From Octopus vulgaris (lineage: Eukaryota): DNA of 64,000 nucleotides. Position numbers and translations under genes: made by a program. This document shows, piece after piece, positions 13,964 through 27,588 of the stretch. The notes beneath the pieces are model-generated. The model made no database searches. It saw only the letters and a program-made list of their open reading frames with translations, and was not told the origin of the DNA. The stretch spans positions 96,720,001-96,784,000 of the forward strand of contig OX597822.1 of assembly GCA_951406725.2 (NCBI GenBank), written 5' to 3'. Every line of letters begins with the position of its first letter. Within the stretch, counting starts at the first letter, position 1.

Positions 13964-14542
13964 AGTGTGAGAAGATGATTAAGTAATAGCTAATTTAGAT
14001 AGGATACAAAATAGAGAGTGGGGTGGAAGAAAGAAAATAGATGTGAGATATGTAGGGATATTGAAGTTGTAGATCCATTTTTTCGGATCTTATATATGTA
14101 AGATTCCAATATGTGTGTGTGTTTGTTTGTCTTCTACCATTGCTTGGCTACCAGTGTTGACATGTTTACGTCCCCGTAACCTAGTGGCTCGGCAAAACAG
14201 GCCGATAGAGTATCAGGTTTTAAAAAAGAAATTTCTGTGAGTCGATTCGTTCAACTGAAATTCTTCAGTATGGCCGAAGTCTAATGACAGAAACAAATAA
14301 AAGATAAATAAGTATAAGATAAATACCATTTCAGATGATATAGATTACGAGTTTGTTGTGAAATTTTTCCGGTTGGGGGAGAGAGGATCTTCGGACAATT
14401 CAAACGAGTCGATTTTGCTTCCTCATAACTTTCAGTAAAATAGGCATCTTTTAATGGGGATCCCTACAAATACATAACAGAGGTTGCTAACTACGGTTAT
14501 ATATGAATTTAAGGTAATTTTTTAAAACTTGTTAGCCATATA

Positions 14543-14942
14543 TAGGCGCAGAAGTGGCTGTGTGGTAAGTAGCTTGTTTACCAACCACATGGTTCGAGGT
14601 TCAGTCCCACTGCGTGGCACCTTGGGCAGGTGTCTTCTACTATAACCTCGGGCCGACCAAAGCCTTGTGAGTGGATTTGGTAGACGGAAACTGAAGAAGC
14701 CCGTCGTATATATGTATATATATATGCGTGTGTGTGTTTGTGTGTTTGTGTTTGTCCCCCTAGCATTGCTTGACAACCGATATTGGTGTGTTTATGTCCC
14801 CCGTTAACTTAGCGGTTCGGCAAAAGAGGCCGATAGAATAAGTACTGGGCTTACAAAAGAATAAGTCCCGGGGTCGTGTTGCTCGATTAAAGGCGGTGCT
14901 CCAGCATGGCCGCAGTCAAATGACTGAAACAAGTAAAAGAGT
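14543..14942 (+). mobile_element. SINE-A (tRNA-derived), full length
   Basis: A-box-like GTGGCTGTGTGGT, B-box-like GGTTCAGTCCC, a CCTTGGGCA core, internal (TA)/(TG) and an AAAAGAGT tail. Confidence 0.9.
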
Positions 14943-15099
14943 GTACACACCAGCATACTGACACAAATCCCATTTTTTTTTTTTCAAAATTTCAAGTTTT
15001 CATATTTTAGATATACATGCGATGTCTGTTAGTATGCAAGTGTGCGCAAACAGCATTTTTTTTTCTTTTCTTTTCTTTTTTGTTTTTTTCATATTAAAT

Positions 15100-15665
15100 T
15101 CCGATTTAATCGTAATCTACACTATCAGAAAGATATTTGTAGAAAATTTCTGAAGGTTATAAAGAACAAAGTCGAATCGTGTGGTTTACCCGAAACCCCT
15201 CTTCTAACACGGAAAAAAAATTCGCAACAAATTCCAATTTTAATCAGAATCTATAGATTCTGATTAAAATTGGAATAGAAAATTTCAGTAAGAACTAGTC
15301 TCTTTTTTATTACTTTTTGAAAGTTAGGAAGAAACTAAGTCGAATCGTTTTATTTATCTGAAACTTTTCCCCTCTACCGAAAAAGTGTTCGCAACAATTT
15401 CCAATATAAACAGAACTTATACAATATGAAAGCTATTTGTAGAAAATTTCATTAAAAATTAGCCATTTTGTTTTCGTTTTGTAAGTTATGACGAAACAAA
15501 TTCGAATCGTGTGAGTTATCTGAAACACTTCACCTATGTCAGAAAAAAAATTTTCGCAACAAATTCCAATATAAATGGAATTTAAACCATCTGACGAGTA
15601 TTTGTGGAAAATTTCGTTAAAAAATACTCATTTTTCTGCAAGTTATGAAGAACCAACTTTGATGA
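15100..15665 (+). repeat. Diverged ~170-bp tandem repeat family (related copies at ~14330-14520 - and 44245-44570 +)
   Basis: The motifs CGCAACAAATTCCAAT, ATTTGTAGAAAATTTC and AAGTTATGA..GAATCGT recur. Confidence 0.6.
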
Positions 15666-16110
15666 TGTGCTCACTTGTGTAGATATGTCCAGAATTAATG
15701 TTTTAGGGCAGTGAATCTCAACCAGGATCCATATAAGATTTGGTAGGGAGGGGTCCATGGTAGCAAAATAGTAAACTTTGGACTCATAGAAGTACATTAG
15801 GGTCCATGAAAAAATTTTTGCTTTAGATGCATTAAACAGCTAGATTTCCTTCTGCTCAAGTTAATGTATAATGAATAAAATACGAATTTTGAAAGAAATA
15901 TCTATAAAACTAGTTTTTAAGCATTGAATGGTTATGTGGCTATAAGGACCGCTGTTTTAGAATGTTTTTCAATTGAGATAAAATGCAGACAGATAGAGAG
16001 GGAAGACAGACAGACAGGCAGACAGACAGATAGAGAGGGAAGACAGACAGACAGGCAAACAGACAGATAGAGAGGGAAGACAGATAGAGAGGGAAGACAG
16101 ACAGGCAGAC

Positions 16111-16184
<74 letters not shown>

Positions 16185-16437
16185 GATAGATACAAACACA
16201 GGGATATGTATATATGTATGCCTGTATGAATGCATTTATGTATACATATATATTAACTTGCATATATATGTGTGTAGAGAGAGACAGGGGGAGGGACGGA
16301 GGGACGGAGGGAGGGAGGGACGGAGGGAGGGACGGAGGGAGGGACGGAGGGAGAGAGAGTGCGGGAGTGAGCGACAGAGACAAACAGACAGTCAGATAGA
16401 TAGATAGAGAGAGAGAGAGAGAAGGGGGAGAGAGAGG

Positions 16438-16516
<79 letters not shown>

Positions 16517-16517
16517 G

Positions 16518-16643
<126 letters not shown>

Positions 16644-17383
16644 ACAAATAGATGACATGGCTCATACCACTATCACTAAGAACTGGAGCAATTACAATAG
16701 TCGCCAACAAAATTAGGCTAATAGCAGAGGCTAATGACAGATATATTTCAAAGCAACAACTTCTCTTCACTGCTGAGCTACCTACCCACATTCATTACAT
16801 ATCATTATTTGATATACTTACAACAGTAAGTAAAAGTCTGTATAGAAACTACTTCAATCATCTGAGCTTAAACACTTTGAAACGCAGTGTAACACAAACA
16901 CGTACCTCACCCTCCTTACTCCCTCGTGTTATTCAGAGAAAGTAGATATTTTTATGACTTTATGATACGGATATTTAACTCATCCCGAACTTCAACAAAC
17001 AGCATGTCGGTTTAACTGAGTTTAGTTAACATTAACGCCTATACATTGGTTTCAAATTTTGGCACAAGGCCAGCAATTTCGATGCCGGGGGTGGGGGGGG
17101 CCAAGTCGATTACATCAAGTCTAATGCTCAACTAGACCACGCTAGGACGAAAGGCAAAGTCGGCCTCGGCGGAATTTGAACTCAGAACGTAAAGGCGGAC
17201 GAAATGCCGCTAAGCATTTTATCCGGTGTGCTTACGCTTCTGCCAGGTTGACGTTTTACTTACATCTATATATTAAACTTGAAAGACAGGAAAAAATTGC
17301 ATCGGACTAACAGCAAAATCGCTGTCAGTTGCTAAATTATGTAGCGAAATTTATACATTAAATTATTATACACATACATACAT

Positions 17384-17613
17384 ACTCTTACTCTTTACTC
17401 TTTTACTCTTTTACTTGTTTCAGTCATTTGACTGCGGCCATGCTGGAGCACCACCTTTAATCGAGCAACTCGACCCCAGGACTTATTCTTTTGTAAGCCC
17501 AGTACTTATTCTATCGGTCTCTTTTGCCGAACCGCTAAGTAACGGGGACATAAACACACCAGCAGCGGTTGTCAAGCAATGTTGGGGGAACAAACACAGA
17601 CACACAAACACGC

Positions 17614-17644
<31 letters not shown>

Positions 17645-17811
17645 TACGACAGGCTTCTTTCAGTTTCCGTCTACCAAATCCACTCACAAGGTTTTGGTCG
17701 GCCCGAGGCTATAGTAGAAGACACTTGCCCAAGGTGCCACGCAGTGGGACTGAACCCGGAACCATGTGGTTGGTAAACAAGCTACTTACCACACAGCCAC
17801 TCCTGCGCCTA
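17384..17811 (-). mobile_element. SINE-A
   Basis: Full reverse-complement copy. Confidence 0.9.
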
Positions 17812-19760
17812 TACATACATACATACATACATACATACATACATACATACATACATACATACATACATACATACATGATGGCCGTCCACTCGTAATCGAG
17901 GAAGACCATTGTTGACCTTTTGCAACATTGTGCGCTCTAGGACTAATATTTTGCATTTGCGGCTCCGTTGGTGGCTAATAAGCCCTGCATGAACGACTGT
18001 AAACATTGCAAACCAGGCTTTCTCCATTCACTACGCTAGCAGTACGCTTTCGAGCAACACGCTTAAATTCTTCATGAAGAATATGTGCTCTTTCAAAGGT
18101 GTCGACCCCCACCTTAACCTCCCTCCTTCATCTGTGGTGATGACAGGCATTGCTCTCTTAGTCGGTCTCCTGCATATCACAGACCTTTAATGAGGACTTG
18201 ACACTGTCTGTAAATCGCAGCCTTGGTTTCTGCCGGGGTCTCTTTCCACAAACAAGTTCCCCATATAGCATCTGTCTAGGGATCCTGCTATCCTTCATTC
18301 TAATAAGGTGTCCAGTCCAACGTAACCGGAGCTTGTGCACCATTGCTTCAAGATATCAGATTGAGTCTGGAGTTTTTAAGGTCCAGCCAACATTCAGAAT
18401 ATGTCTCAGACATCTTTGATGGAAGTGTTCAAGGACCTTTACATGGAGTTTGTAAAGGGTCCATGTCTCATGGGTAAAAGAACGATATCTGTACACATGC
18501 ACGGTACACAGCAATTTTTGTTTGCCTTGTGATGCTATGCTGGGACTAGATACGAGACTCAAGAGACCGGAAGGAATCAGTTGCTCTCTGCAGCTTGAAA
18601 GATATTTCATCATCTAGGGAGCAAGAACGGTTGAGTGTGCTTCCCAGGTAGACAAACTTGTCTACCACTTTCAGTATTGTTTCTTCAACCTAGATAGCTG
18701 GTTCCATATATGGATTTCCTGGTGCAGGCTGGAATATTGCAACAGTCTTGTCCAGGCTAATGCTGAGTCTAAATGCCTTGCAAGAAGCAAAAATACGATT
18801 CATAAGTATTTGCATGTCATCCATTGTATGAATGACTAAGTCGCAGTCATCTACATAAAGGAGGTCACGAATAAGAGACTTTTGAATTGGCAGCAAATCG
18901 GCGCAGATTAAAGAGGCGACCAGAAGATCAATACCTGACATATATTCCCAGACAGCTAACCTTAACAAAAGCATGAGTAAAAGCAGCAGCAAAGTACAAA
19001 GGATGGGGCAAGGATGTCGTCCTTCTTGACACCATTCTCTACAGGAATGGGTCGCGCCATGCCACCACCAGCATTGATCCAGGGCTCCATCCCATCATGA
19101 AATGATTTAATTATAAAGTGATCCGGTCATCCAAGTCTGCCAAGTATTTTCCATAACAAGACTCTATTCACAATATCAAAGGCCTTGGTTAAATCAATGA
19201 ATATCTGGACAAGATCCATATTCTGCTCTTAGCACTTCTCCTGTGAAAATCATATCCATTGTCCCTCTACCAGATCGGAAGCCACATTGAGATTCAGATA
19301 GGACATCATTTACGAGACACCTATTCAGGCGGCTAAGAAGAATATTTGCTAGAACCTCGCCAGCATCTGTTATTAGAGCAATACCTCTATAGTTACCACA
19401 CATTATTCTGGCTCCTTTTCCTTTATAGAGAGGAAGAGTAATTGTACCTTTCCAATGATTGGGCATTGCACCATCCCTCCAAACTACAATAAGTTCATGA
19501 AGGGACTGTATGATGTAATCACACCAAATTGCAAGACCTCAGCACAAATTCCATCCCTTCCAAGTGCCCTACCAAGATTCAATTTACTTATTGCTCTCAT
19601 TACCTCATCTACTGAGGGCATGGAACTTAAGGAGCCAATGATAGGTCTTTGTGGCATAGTATCAATCACTGTTTCATCCACAACTGACTCGTGGTTTAGG
19701 AGCTCAGAGAAGTGTTCGATACAGCGACCTGTGATTTCTGTTGATTTAGTAAATCCCCTA
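17812..19760 (-). mobile_element. 5'-truncated RTE-clade LINE relic
   Basis: LYKGKG..CGNYRGIAL, ESQCGFRSGRGTMDMIF, LLYVDDC and LRWTGHLIRMKDSRIPRQMLYGEL, followed by a 3' stem-loop and an (ATGT)n tail. Confidence 0.9.
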
Positions 19761-19899
19761 CTACAGTATGGGAAGATTTTAGAGATCAGGTTCTTCAAGG
19801 TGCTGTTGAAACACTGGGATATGCTACTGCCAGACACAGAGAATGGTTTGAGGAAAATGATGCTGAAGTTCAGTGGCTATTGGTTGTAAAGCGCCATGT

Positions 19900-20140
19900 C
19901 CACAATGTATTGCTGCAGAGAGGACTTTCAGCTGCGCAGCGAAATCTAGCGCTTGCCCACTATAGCAGTGTAAAATCACTACTGCAGCGATCTCTCAGGA
20001 AGATGCAAAACACTTGGTGAGAGGATTTTGCCCATGATGTTCAGGCTGCTGCTGATGCAAATGACAGCAAGAAGCTTTACCATCTTATAAAGCAAGTTTA
20101 TGGGCCTAAGAACTCTGCATCAGCTCTTTTGCATTCCAAA
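19900..20140 (+). mobile_element. Inverted upstream segment of the RTE ORF
   Basis: The + strand reads LQRSLRKMQNTW*EDFAHDVQAAADANDSKKLYHLIKQVYGP, the segment that normally precedes R.IEHFSELLN (found on the - strand at ~19730). Confidence 0.65.
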
Positions 20141-20879
20141 TTCCTGCTTTTTCCAAATTCCTGCTTTTTCTCAAGGGATGACGCCTCATAGGTAAAGAAC
20201 CACTGGTCTAGAGACATCTATTTTTTGATAATCAGGTATATTGTAGTTATTGCCTGTTTTTTCAGTTTATAAGTTATAAACAAGTCTGATCCACAGTTTT
20301 CATATATATTAAATAATGTGGTTCTTAAAAATCAAGAGACACGCTGAAACATTATCAAATCATTATAGTAACATATTAAGAAATATTAGCTTAATTTAAA
20401 AAACAGAAAACTATTTTAAAATTTTAGAAAAATGAAAAGCATGATATCTTTAAAAATAGGAAATAAAACAAAAAGTATGTAATAGGTTCTACTATGTTTA
20501 TGTTAAAAATATAGTAAATTTTTTTATAAGAAAAAAGTTATATAAAGCCAAATGTTATATTTAAATTCAGATTTAAATATTACAGAAAGTACTAGGTAAA
20601 ACTAAAAGCAATGCAATTTTTTTTTCTTTTTTGAAGAAACATTTTTTTATATTTTCGTACAAGTAAATACAATATTTTATTGTTCAAATTTTTTATATAA
20701 CTTTTTTTTAAATTTAACTTTTATTCCGAATATTTTTGTTTCAATTTTTTTTCAGAACTTTTTACTCGAAGCATTCTAACTTGGGATAGTCTTCTAATTT
20801 GGGCTTTGACATTACCTTACACGTGCCTTATCTTTGTTCATAATATTTGTGTTGTCTACTGCACATCAAATAATTCGCA

Positions 20880-21293
20880 ATGAGTGCAAAGAAACGGAAG
20901 TATCTTGATGAATATATTCGATTTGGATTCGTGTCCCTCCAAAAGGGTGACACAGAACTCCCCCAGTGTGTGATATGTTATAAGACTTGGGGCCATGATG
21001 GAATGCGACTCTCACGCTTGGAACGTCACTTGAGGACAACACATCTTGCTCTTGCAGACATCCGAAGGTATTCTTTGAAACAAAAAGACATTCCTTGAAG
21101 CAAGTTGGACGGTAGTGAGGCATTTCGGCAACAAACTTCAATGGTCATTGAGACTTCCTATGAGATCGCCATGTTGATTGCGAAGAGCAAGAAGAGCCAT
21201 AAGATTGGAGAGTCTCTCATAAAATTAAGTCTACTCCATGCAGCAGAACTCGTTTTGGGAAAAGATAGTGCGAACAAGCTTTCCCAGATTTAA
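20880..21293 (+). pseudogene. 5' fragment of a Buster/Charlie-type hAT transposase
   Basis: KKRKYLDEYIRFGF..PQCVICYK..RLERHLRTTH (BED-type finger) and [23 protein letters not shown], truncated at a microsatellite. Confidence 0.8.
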
Positions 21294-21300
21294 CAACGTT

Positions 21301-21461
<161 letters not shown>

Positions 21462-21558
21462 ATCCAAACATGAAAACACAAAGAGAAAACACAACAACGC
21501 GAGGACGTGGAACAAATATAGTATTATTGGATGCTCAGGAAGGAAGGGAAGAAGGAGG

Positions 21559-21593
21559 GTTTTACGTTTCGAGCGGAGCTCTTCGTCAGAAAC
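21559..21593 (-). ncRNA. Minimal hammerhead motif in a ~210-bp mini-element (also 1997-2031 -, 13690-13724 + and 48680-48714 +)
   Basis: GTTT-CTGACGA-A-GAGC-TCC-GCTC-GAAACGT-A-AAAC: stems I and II plus a palindromic ACGT stem III. Confidence 0.7.
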
Positions 21594-21666
21594 ATAGGAG
21601 AAGGAAAGATCCAGAGAAAGGAAGACGGAGGAAAAAAATCGCCAACGGTACACACACGGTCACATT

Positions 21667-21702
<36 letters not shown>

Positions 21703-21763
21703 GTTGTATACTGTCGCCCTACCACCGTACATGTCTCTACGAGAGATTTAGAAATTTAGTATT

Positions 21764-21813
<50 letters not shown>

Positions 21814-22622
21814 GGCTGACAGACTTCTTTCAGTTTCCATCTACCAGGTTCGCTCACTACGCTTTGGTCGACCCGGCGTTGCAGGGGAAAACACTTGCCC
21901 AAGGTTCCACTCAGTGGGACTGAATCCGAAACCATGCGGTTGGGAAACAAACTTCTTACCACACAGCTACGCCTTCACCTATGTATGTATGTATATCCAC
22001 ATGTGTGTGTTAGAGAAAGAGAGAGAGAGAGTGGGAGGGAGAGAGAAAGAGAGAGAGGATGTGTCTGTGAGTGCGTGTGTGTGTGTGTGTGTTTGTGCAT
22101 GACAGAGTATATCTTTGTGTGAGTGTGTGTAGGAAGGTAGTGTGTAGGAAGGTAGTGTGTGAGTGTGTGTAGGAAGGTAGTGTGTGTGTGTGTGTAGGAA
22201 GGTAGTGTGTGAATGTGTGTAGGAAGGTAATGTGTGAGTGTGTGGGAAGGCAATGTGTGAGTATGTGTGGATGTGTGTGAGAGAGACAGAAAGAGAGAGT
22301 GTGTGTGTATTGTGTGTGTGTGTGTGTGCGTGTATGGCTGTTTGTCTGTATGTGCGTGTGTGTATCAGTGCGTGTGTGTATTTTTTTCTGGGCATAAAAG
22401 AAGCCATATTGATGTTGCTATCATGAATCATTTCTCCTCTGAGGTTACAGTCACTGCTCCTTCATAGTAAACTCCTGTCTAGAACCACTCTTCAGATACT
22501 CCCATCTACGAAAGTAAAGTTCTCTGTGGGGTATTTGTCCAATGACAACATTAGTCACTGTAACGTCATGGTGGCAGTGAACAAAGACAACGGTCACTAA
22601 CTTATTCGTTCTCTGCAGTGGA

Positions 22623-22994
22623 TGGAAGCTCTCCGTCGGTTACGACGATGAGGGTTCCGGTTGATCCGAATCAACGGAACAGCCTGCTCGTGAAATTAAC
22701 GTGTAAGTGGCTGACACGTGTACCCTTAACGTAGTTCTCGGGGATATTCAGCATGACACAGAGAGTGACAAGGCCAGCCCCTTGAAATACAGGTACAACA
22801 GAAACAGGAAGTAAGAGTGAGAGAAAGTTGTGGTGAAAGAGTTCAGCAGGGATCACCACCATCCCCTGCCGGAGCCTCGTGGAGCTTTTAGGTGTTTTCG
22901 CTCAATAAACACTCACAACGCCCGGTCTGGGAATCGAAACCGCGGTCCTATGACCGCGAGTTCGTTGCCCTAACCACTGGGCCAATGCGCCTCC
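22623..22994 (-). mobile_element. SINE-C (tRNA-derived)
   Basis: tRNA-like head (A box TGGCCCAGTGGTTAGGGC, B box GTTTCGATTCCC) with TSD TCTCTGCAGT. Confidence 0.9.
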
Positions 22995-23023
22995 TCTCTG
23001 CAGTAGAAGATAAGATATATAAA

Positions 23024-23255
23024 GGCGGCGAGCTGGCAGAAACGTTAGCGCGCCGGGCGAAATGCGTAGCCGTATTTCGTCTGCCGTTACGTTCTGAGTT
23101 CAAATTCCGCCGAGGTCGACTTTGCCTTTCATCCTTTCGGGGTCGATTAAAGTAAGTTCCAGTTACGCACTGGGGTCGATGTAATCGACTTAGTACCTTT
23201 GTCTGTCCTTGTTTGTCCCCTCTGTGTTTAGCCCCTTGTGGGCAGTAAAGAAATA
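23024..23255 (+). mobile_element. SINE-B (MetaSINE-like), full length
   Basis: GGCGGCGAGCTGGCAGAA head, GAGTTCAAATTCC B box, a Meta-like core, and a GCCCC-TTGT-GGGC hairpin followed by an AAAGAAATA end. Confidence 0.85.
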
Positions 23256-23710
23256 TATATATGTTTTTACACCAAGAATTCAGTTGGCCGAGTGGTCAGG
23301 GTTGTTAGGCTCACGATATGTAAGTCGTAGGTTCGATTCCTGCATTGACGGCTCATTATGACCTTGCGCACGAGGCTTCATCTGATGTTGTTCTACACCG
23401 TTCTCTTTTAAAACCCTATCACTGTTAGCTGGTAGCTGGAGGGATTAAACCCGAGGGTTGTGAAAAATTGACTAATGAAAAATTAATTGAAATATATTGA
23501 CCCAATTAATTGATTGGGGCCGTACTGCCAATTAGATAATTAATAGCTATCATATCAATTAATTGCAATTAATTGCAGTTAATTGTAACATTGTCAGCGA
23601 AAGTTTTTTAAATGGCTCATAATTCATTCGACGTTCAATTGGCAAATACACCGTTCTAGTATGTATGTATGTATGTATGTATGTATGTATGTATGTATGT
23701 ATGTATGTAT

Positions 23711-24100
23711 GTGGAGGCGCAATAGCCCAGTGGTTAGGGCAGCGGACTCGCGGTCGGAGGATCGCAGTTTCGATTCCCAGACCGGGCGTTGTGTGTGTTT
23801 ATTGAGCGAAAACACCTAAATCTCCACGAGGCTCCGGCAGGGGGTGGTGGCGACCCCTGTTGTACTCTTTCGCCTCAACTTTCTCTCACTCCACTCTTAC
23901 TTCCTGTTTCTGTTGCACCTGTATTTCAAGGGGCCGGCCTTGTCACTCTCTGTGTCACGCTGAATATCCCTGAGAACTACGTTAAGGGTGCACGTGTCTG
24001 TGGAGTGCTCAGCCACTTACACGTTAATTTCACGAGCAGGCTGTTCCGTTGATTCGGATCAACCGGAACCCTCACCGTAGTAACCGACGGAGTGCTTCCA
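23711..24100 (+). mobile_element. SINE-C in (ATGT)n
   Basis: Full consensus copy. Confidence 0.9.
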
Positions 24101-24249
24101 TGTATGTATGTATGTATGTATGTATGTATGTATGTATGAAAAATATTATTAATGGTCAGTGATGGTCTTCTTCGGTCACGAGTGGACAGCCATCTTCTAT
24201 ATTTCAATGTAAATATGTATGTATCTACATATGTGTGTGCGTGAGTGTG

Positions 24250-24575
24250 TATGCATCGCTGTTGTGCGTGTTGACGCTTTGTTCTGATTGCTGAGAATGA
24301 TTCACACATTCTGTCATGCTTAGGAATTTGGTTATTGTGTGCGTCGTCAAGTGTTGATGCTTGATTCGGACTGCTGAGAATGATACACATTCTGTCATGC
24401 TTGGGATTTTGATTATTGTGTATATTGTCAAATAACCGCAGTCGAGTGTTGACGCTTGGTTACGACCGCCTCGAATGATTCACACATTCTGTCGTGTTTG
24501 GAAATTGGTTATTGTGTATGTTATCAAATAATTGCTTGGTTTTAACTGCCGAGAATGATTCACACATTCTGTCTT
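24250..24575 (+). repeat. About four diverged subterminal tandem repeats of the hAT element
   Basis: The core GAATGATTCACACATTCTGTC recurs at ~24295, 24378, 24473 and 24553. Confidence 0.75.
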
Positions 24576-25976
24576 CAAGTCATTAAATCGTAACTTCGCC
24601 TGCAACGCGGTTGTATCTTGAATTCGGCTCCAACATATTAACTGAATCAGACTTTCATCTGTGGAGTGGCAAAATATCTCCTATTTTAAACTGTGGCGAA
24701 ATATCTTTTATTTTAAACTAACCCACGCCGCGCGAAAACGATAAAATCGTCAGAAAATATTTTAACCAGACAGTGAACATATATGGAAAAGCAAGTGTGG
24801 AAAAAAATTGATCCAGAAAAAGGAACTGGATGGACAAATTATGAATCATATACAAAACCAGCATCCAGAGTATTCTCCTACACAAGCAACTGGAGAACCA
24901 TTTTTATCGTGTTTTCTTTCACCAAGAAATAGTGTGGCCAGTCGCTCGGCCTTAAACGTTTATGGTTGCATTGAGTAGGTATGTGTTGGTTTAAAACTAT
25001 TTTTCTTTACTGAAGACCCACTGGCTCGTATGTACACAAACTTGGGAAGTATGATAAATGTGACCTTAAAGAAATACGTGGAGAGACTTACGCGAGCAGT
25101 GGAAAAGAAGATATCTGATGAACTTCGAAGTAAACTTTCGTTAGTAATCGACGGTTGGATTAAGGGTACAACGCATTTCACTGGACTTTTTGCATCTTAT
25201 TCGTGCAATTATCGAAATAACTATTTTACTGTTTAGCTGGTATTTTCGCCAATGGTAAGTAAAGCATCATTCACTGCCTCTGATTATGTCGAATTTATAG
25301 AGTACGTTTTAAGTATCTATAACAAAAATCTAGAAAATGCTATAGCTATTGCTGGACATAACACTGAAGTGGACAAATCTATAGCGAATTTGTGTAAAAT
25401 ACCATTGATTAAATGTGTCTCTCATAAATACACTCTAGTTCTTTCTGCTCATCTCGACAAGCAGGAAGTTCTACTTGATAAAATTAAAATGTTGATGGGC
25501 ATGCTAAAATCATTAAAACTTGCGGGTAAACATGGTGGAAAAACGCCCTTTCAATCTATACAAAGAAGACCAAGTACTTGGTCCAGTACTTATGGCATGA
25601 TTGAGAGGTACATCCAACTCAAGCTGTTTTTAGACTCTTTTCAAGGCGATCGGAAGCTGATTGATTATCTGTTGACACCACCTTGATCATAATGATCTGC
25701 AAACTCTAAAAGGCAATTTACGTAAGTTACGCTCAGTAACAGTTGCTTTGCAAAGAACAGAAATAGATTTGGGAGATGCTCGAATTCTTTTTGATGAAAT
25801 TTTCGCATTGTATTCTTACGAGGAGTTTTTAAAATATTTGATTCAATCGGCAGCCATTGTGCACAGCACAAATTTTGAAATTGGAGTTTTGAAAATTTTA
25901 CATGCAGAAGCAGAGCTATCTGCGGATGAAGTTGCTTCTCTACATCAGCTGAAAGTGGTGACAGGCACGTCACAAC

Positions 25977-26157
25977 CACTAGCGTAGCTAGGAGGTGGTA
26001 GGAGCGGTAGGGGTGGTAGGGTGGTCGGCCTCGGACGGCACTTTTAAAGGGGTGGCACTTTTGGGTCTACTGTAGGCAATATCTGTTGTTTTGTGGGGTC
26101 TGGGGGCGGCAAACAGTAAGACCGCCTCGGACAGCACACACTGTACCTTCGCTAGTG
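25977..26157. mobile_element. hAT-type MITE
   Basis: TIRs CACTAGCGTAG / CTTCGCTAGTG with an 8-bp TSD GTCACAAC at 25969 and 26158. Confidence 0.8.
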
Positions 26158-26171
26158 GTCACAACAGTCTT

Positions 26172-26558
26172 GGTGGAAGCACTCCGTCGGTTCCGACGAT
26201 GAGAGTTCCGGTTGATCCGAATCAACGGAACAGCCTGCTCGTGAAATTAATGTGTAAGTGACTGAGCACTCCACAGACACGTGTACCCTTAACGTAGTTC
26301 TCGGGGATATTCAGCGTGAAACAGAGAGTGACAAGGCCGGTCCTTTGAAATACAGGTACAACAGAAACAGGAAGTAAGAGTGAGAGAAAGTTGTGGTGAA
26401 AGAGTACAGCAGGGATCACTACCATCCCCTGCCGGAGCGTCGTGGAGCTTTTAGGTGTTTTCGCTCAATAAACACTCACAACGCCCGGTCTGGGAATCGA
26501 AACCGCGATCCTATGACCGCGAGTCCGCTGCCCTAACCACTGGGCCATTGCGCCTCCA
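26172..26558 (-). mobile_element. SINE-C
   Basis: TSD CACAACAGTCTT at 26160 and 26559. Confidence 0.9.
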
Positions 26559-27178
26559 CACAACAGTCTTATTTACCTGTAGAAGATGATGATTTCGCTT
26601 AAGTTTGTTTGAAAAAACACAAGAAAGATACATTTCACCTCGGTGATATCTAAACTGTAGATTTTTGTTACCACTGTCCAACATCTTCGAACGTTTCTTC
26701 AGCTCAGCAGTTTATGCTTTTAATGGTTTTCGGCAATACTTAACACCAATGAATTAAGAAATGCAATTATTTCCAAAAGTCAATCGCGCTTTCAGGGATG
26801 CAGACCTAGTTTCAGAAACCTGCTATCGTTCGTGACCTTTTGCTATATTAGAACATTTTAATTGCGCTACTCGTTTGAGAAACTCTTTCAGTTAAAGACC
26901 TTCGATTTATTTGTTTTTCAACTACTGTACAATGTAGAGTATACATGCTGTTTGTTCCCTATTCTAAATCAATAAAACTGAACTTTGAACGTTTTCTGAA
27001 AATAAAGTTTTTGAAACTATAAGATGTGCCTTTTATTTTCCTATCATTTTGGCTCTTATCTAAATCGAAGCGAACACTCCAAGATGTATGGTGTTCTTAC
27101 GTTCGGCAAAATAATTGACAATTAATTGCAATTATTGATTGGCCTGTATCCCAATTAAAATTGATTGATTGATTGCTA

Positions 27179-27588
27179 TACTCTCTTTTACTCTTTTACG
27201 TGTTTCAGTCATTTGACTGCGGCCATGCTGGAGCACCGCCTTTAGTCGAGCAAATCTACCCCGGGACTTATTCTTTGTAAGCCCAGTACTTATTCTATCG
27301 GTGTCTTTTGCCGAACCGCTAAGTGACGGGGACGTAAACACACCAGCATCGGTTGTCAAGCAATGCTAGGGGGACAAACACAGACACACAAACATATACA
27401 CACACACTTATATATATATACATATATACGACAGGCTTCTTTCAGTTTCCGTCTACCAAATCCACTCACAAAGCATTGGTCGGCCCGAGGCTATAGCAGA
27501 AGACACTTGCCCAAGATGCCACGCAGTGGGACTGAACCCGGAACCATGTGGTTGGTTAGCAAGCTACTTACCACACAGCCACTCCTGC
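27179..27588 (-). mobile_element. SINE-A nested in the hAT element
   Basis: Reverse-complement copy. Confidence 0.9.

Noticed and set aside
23711-23790. tRNA genes at SINE heads
   Set aside because: A and B boxes are present, but there is no clean cloverleaf and they are always fused to SINE bodies.
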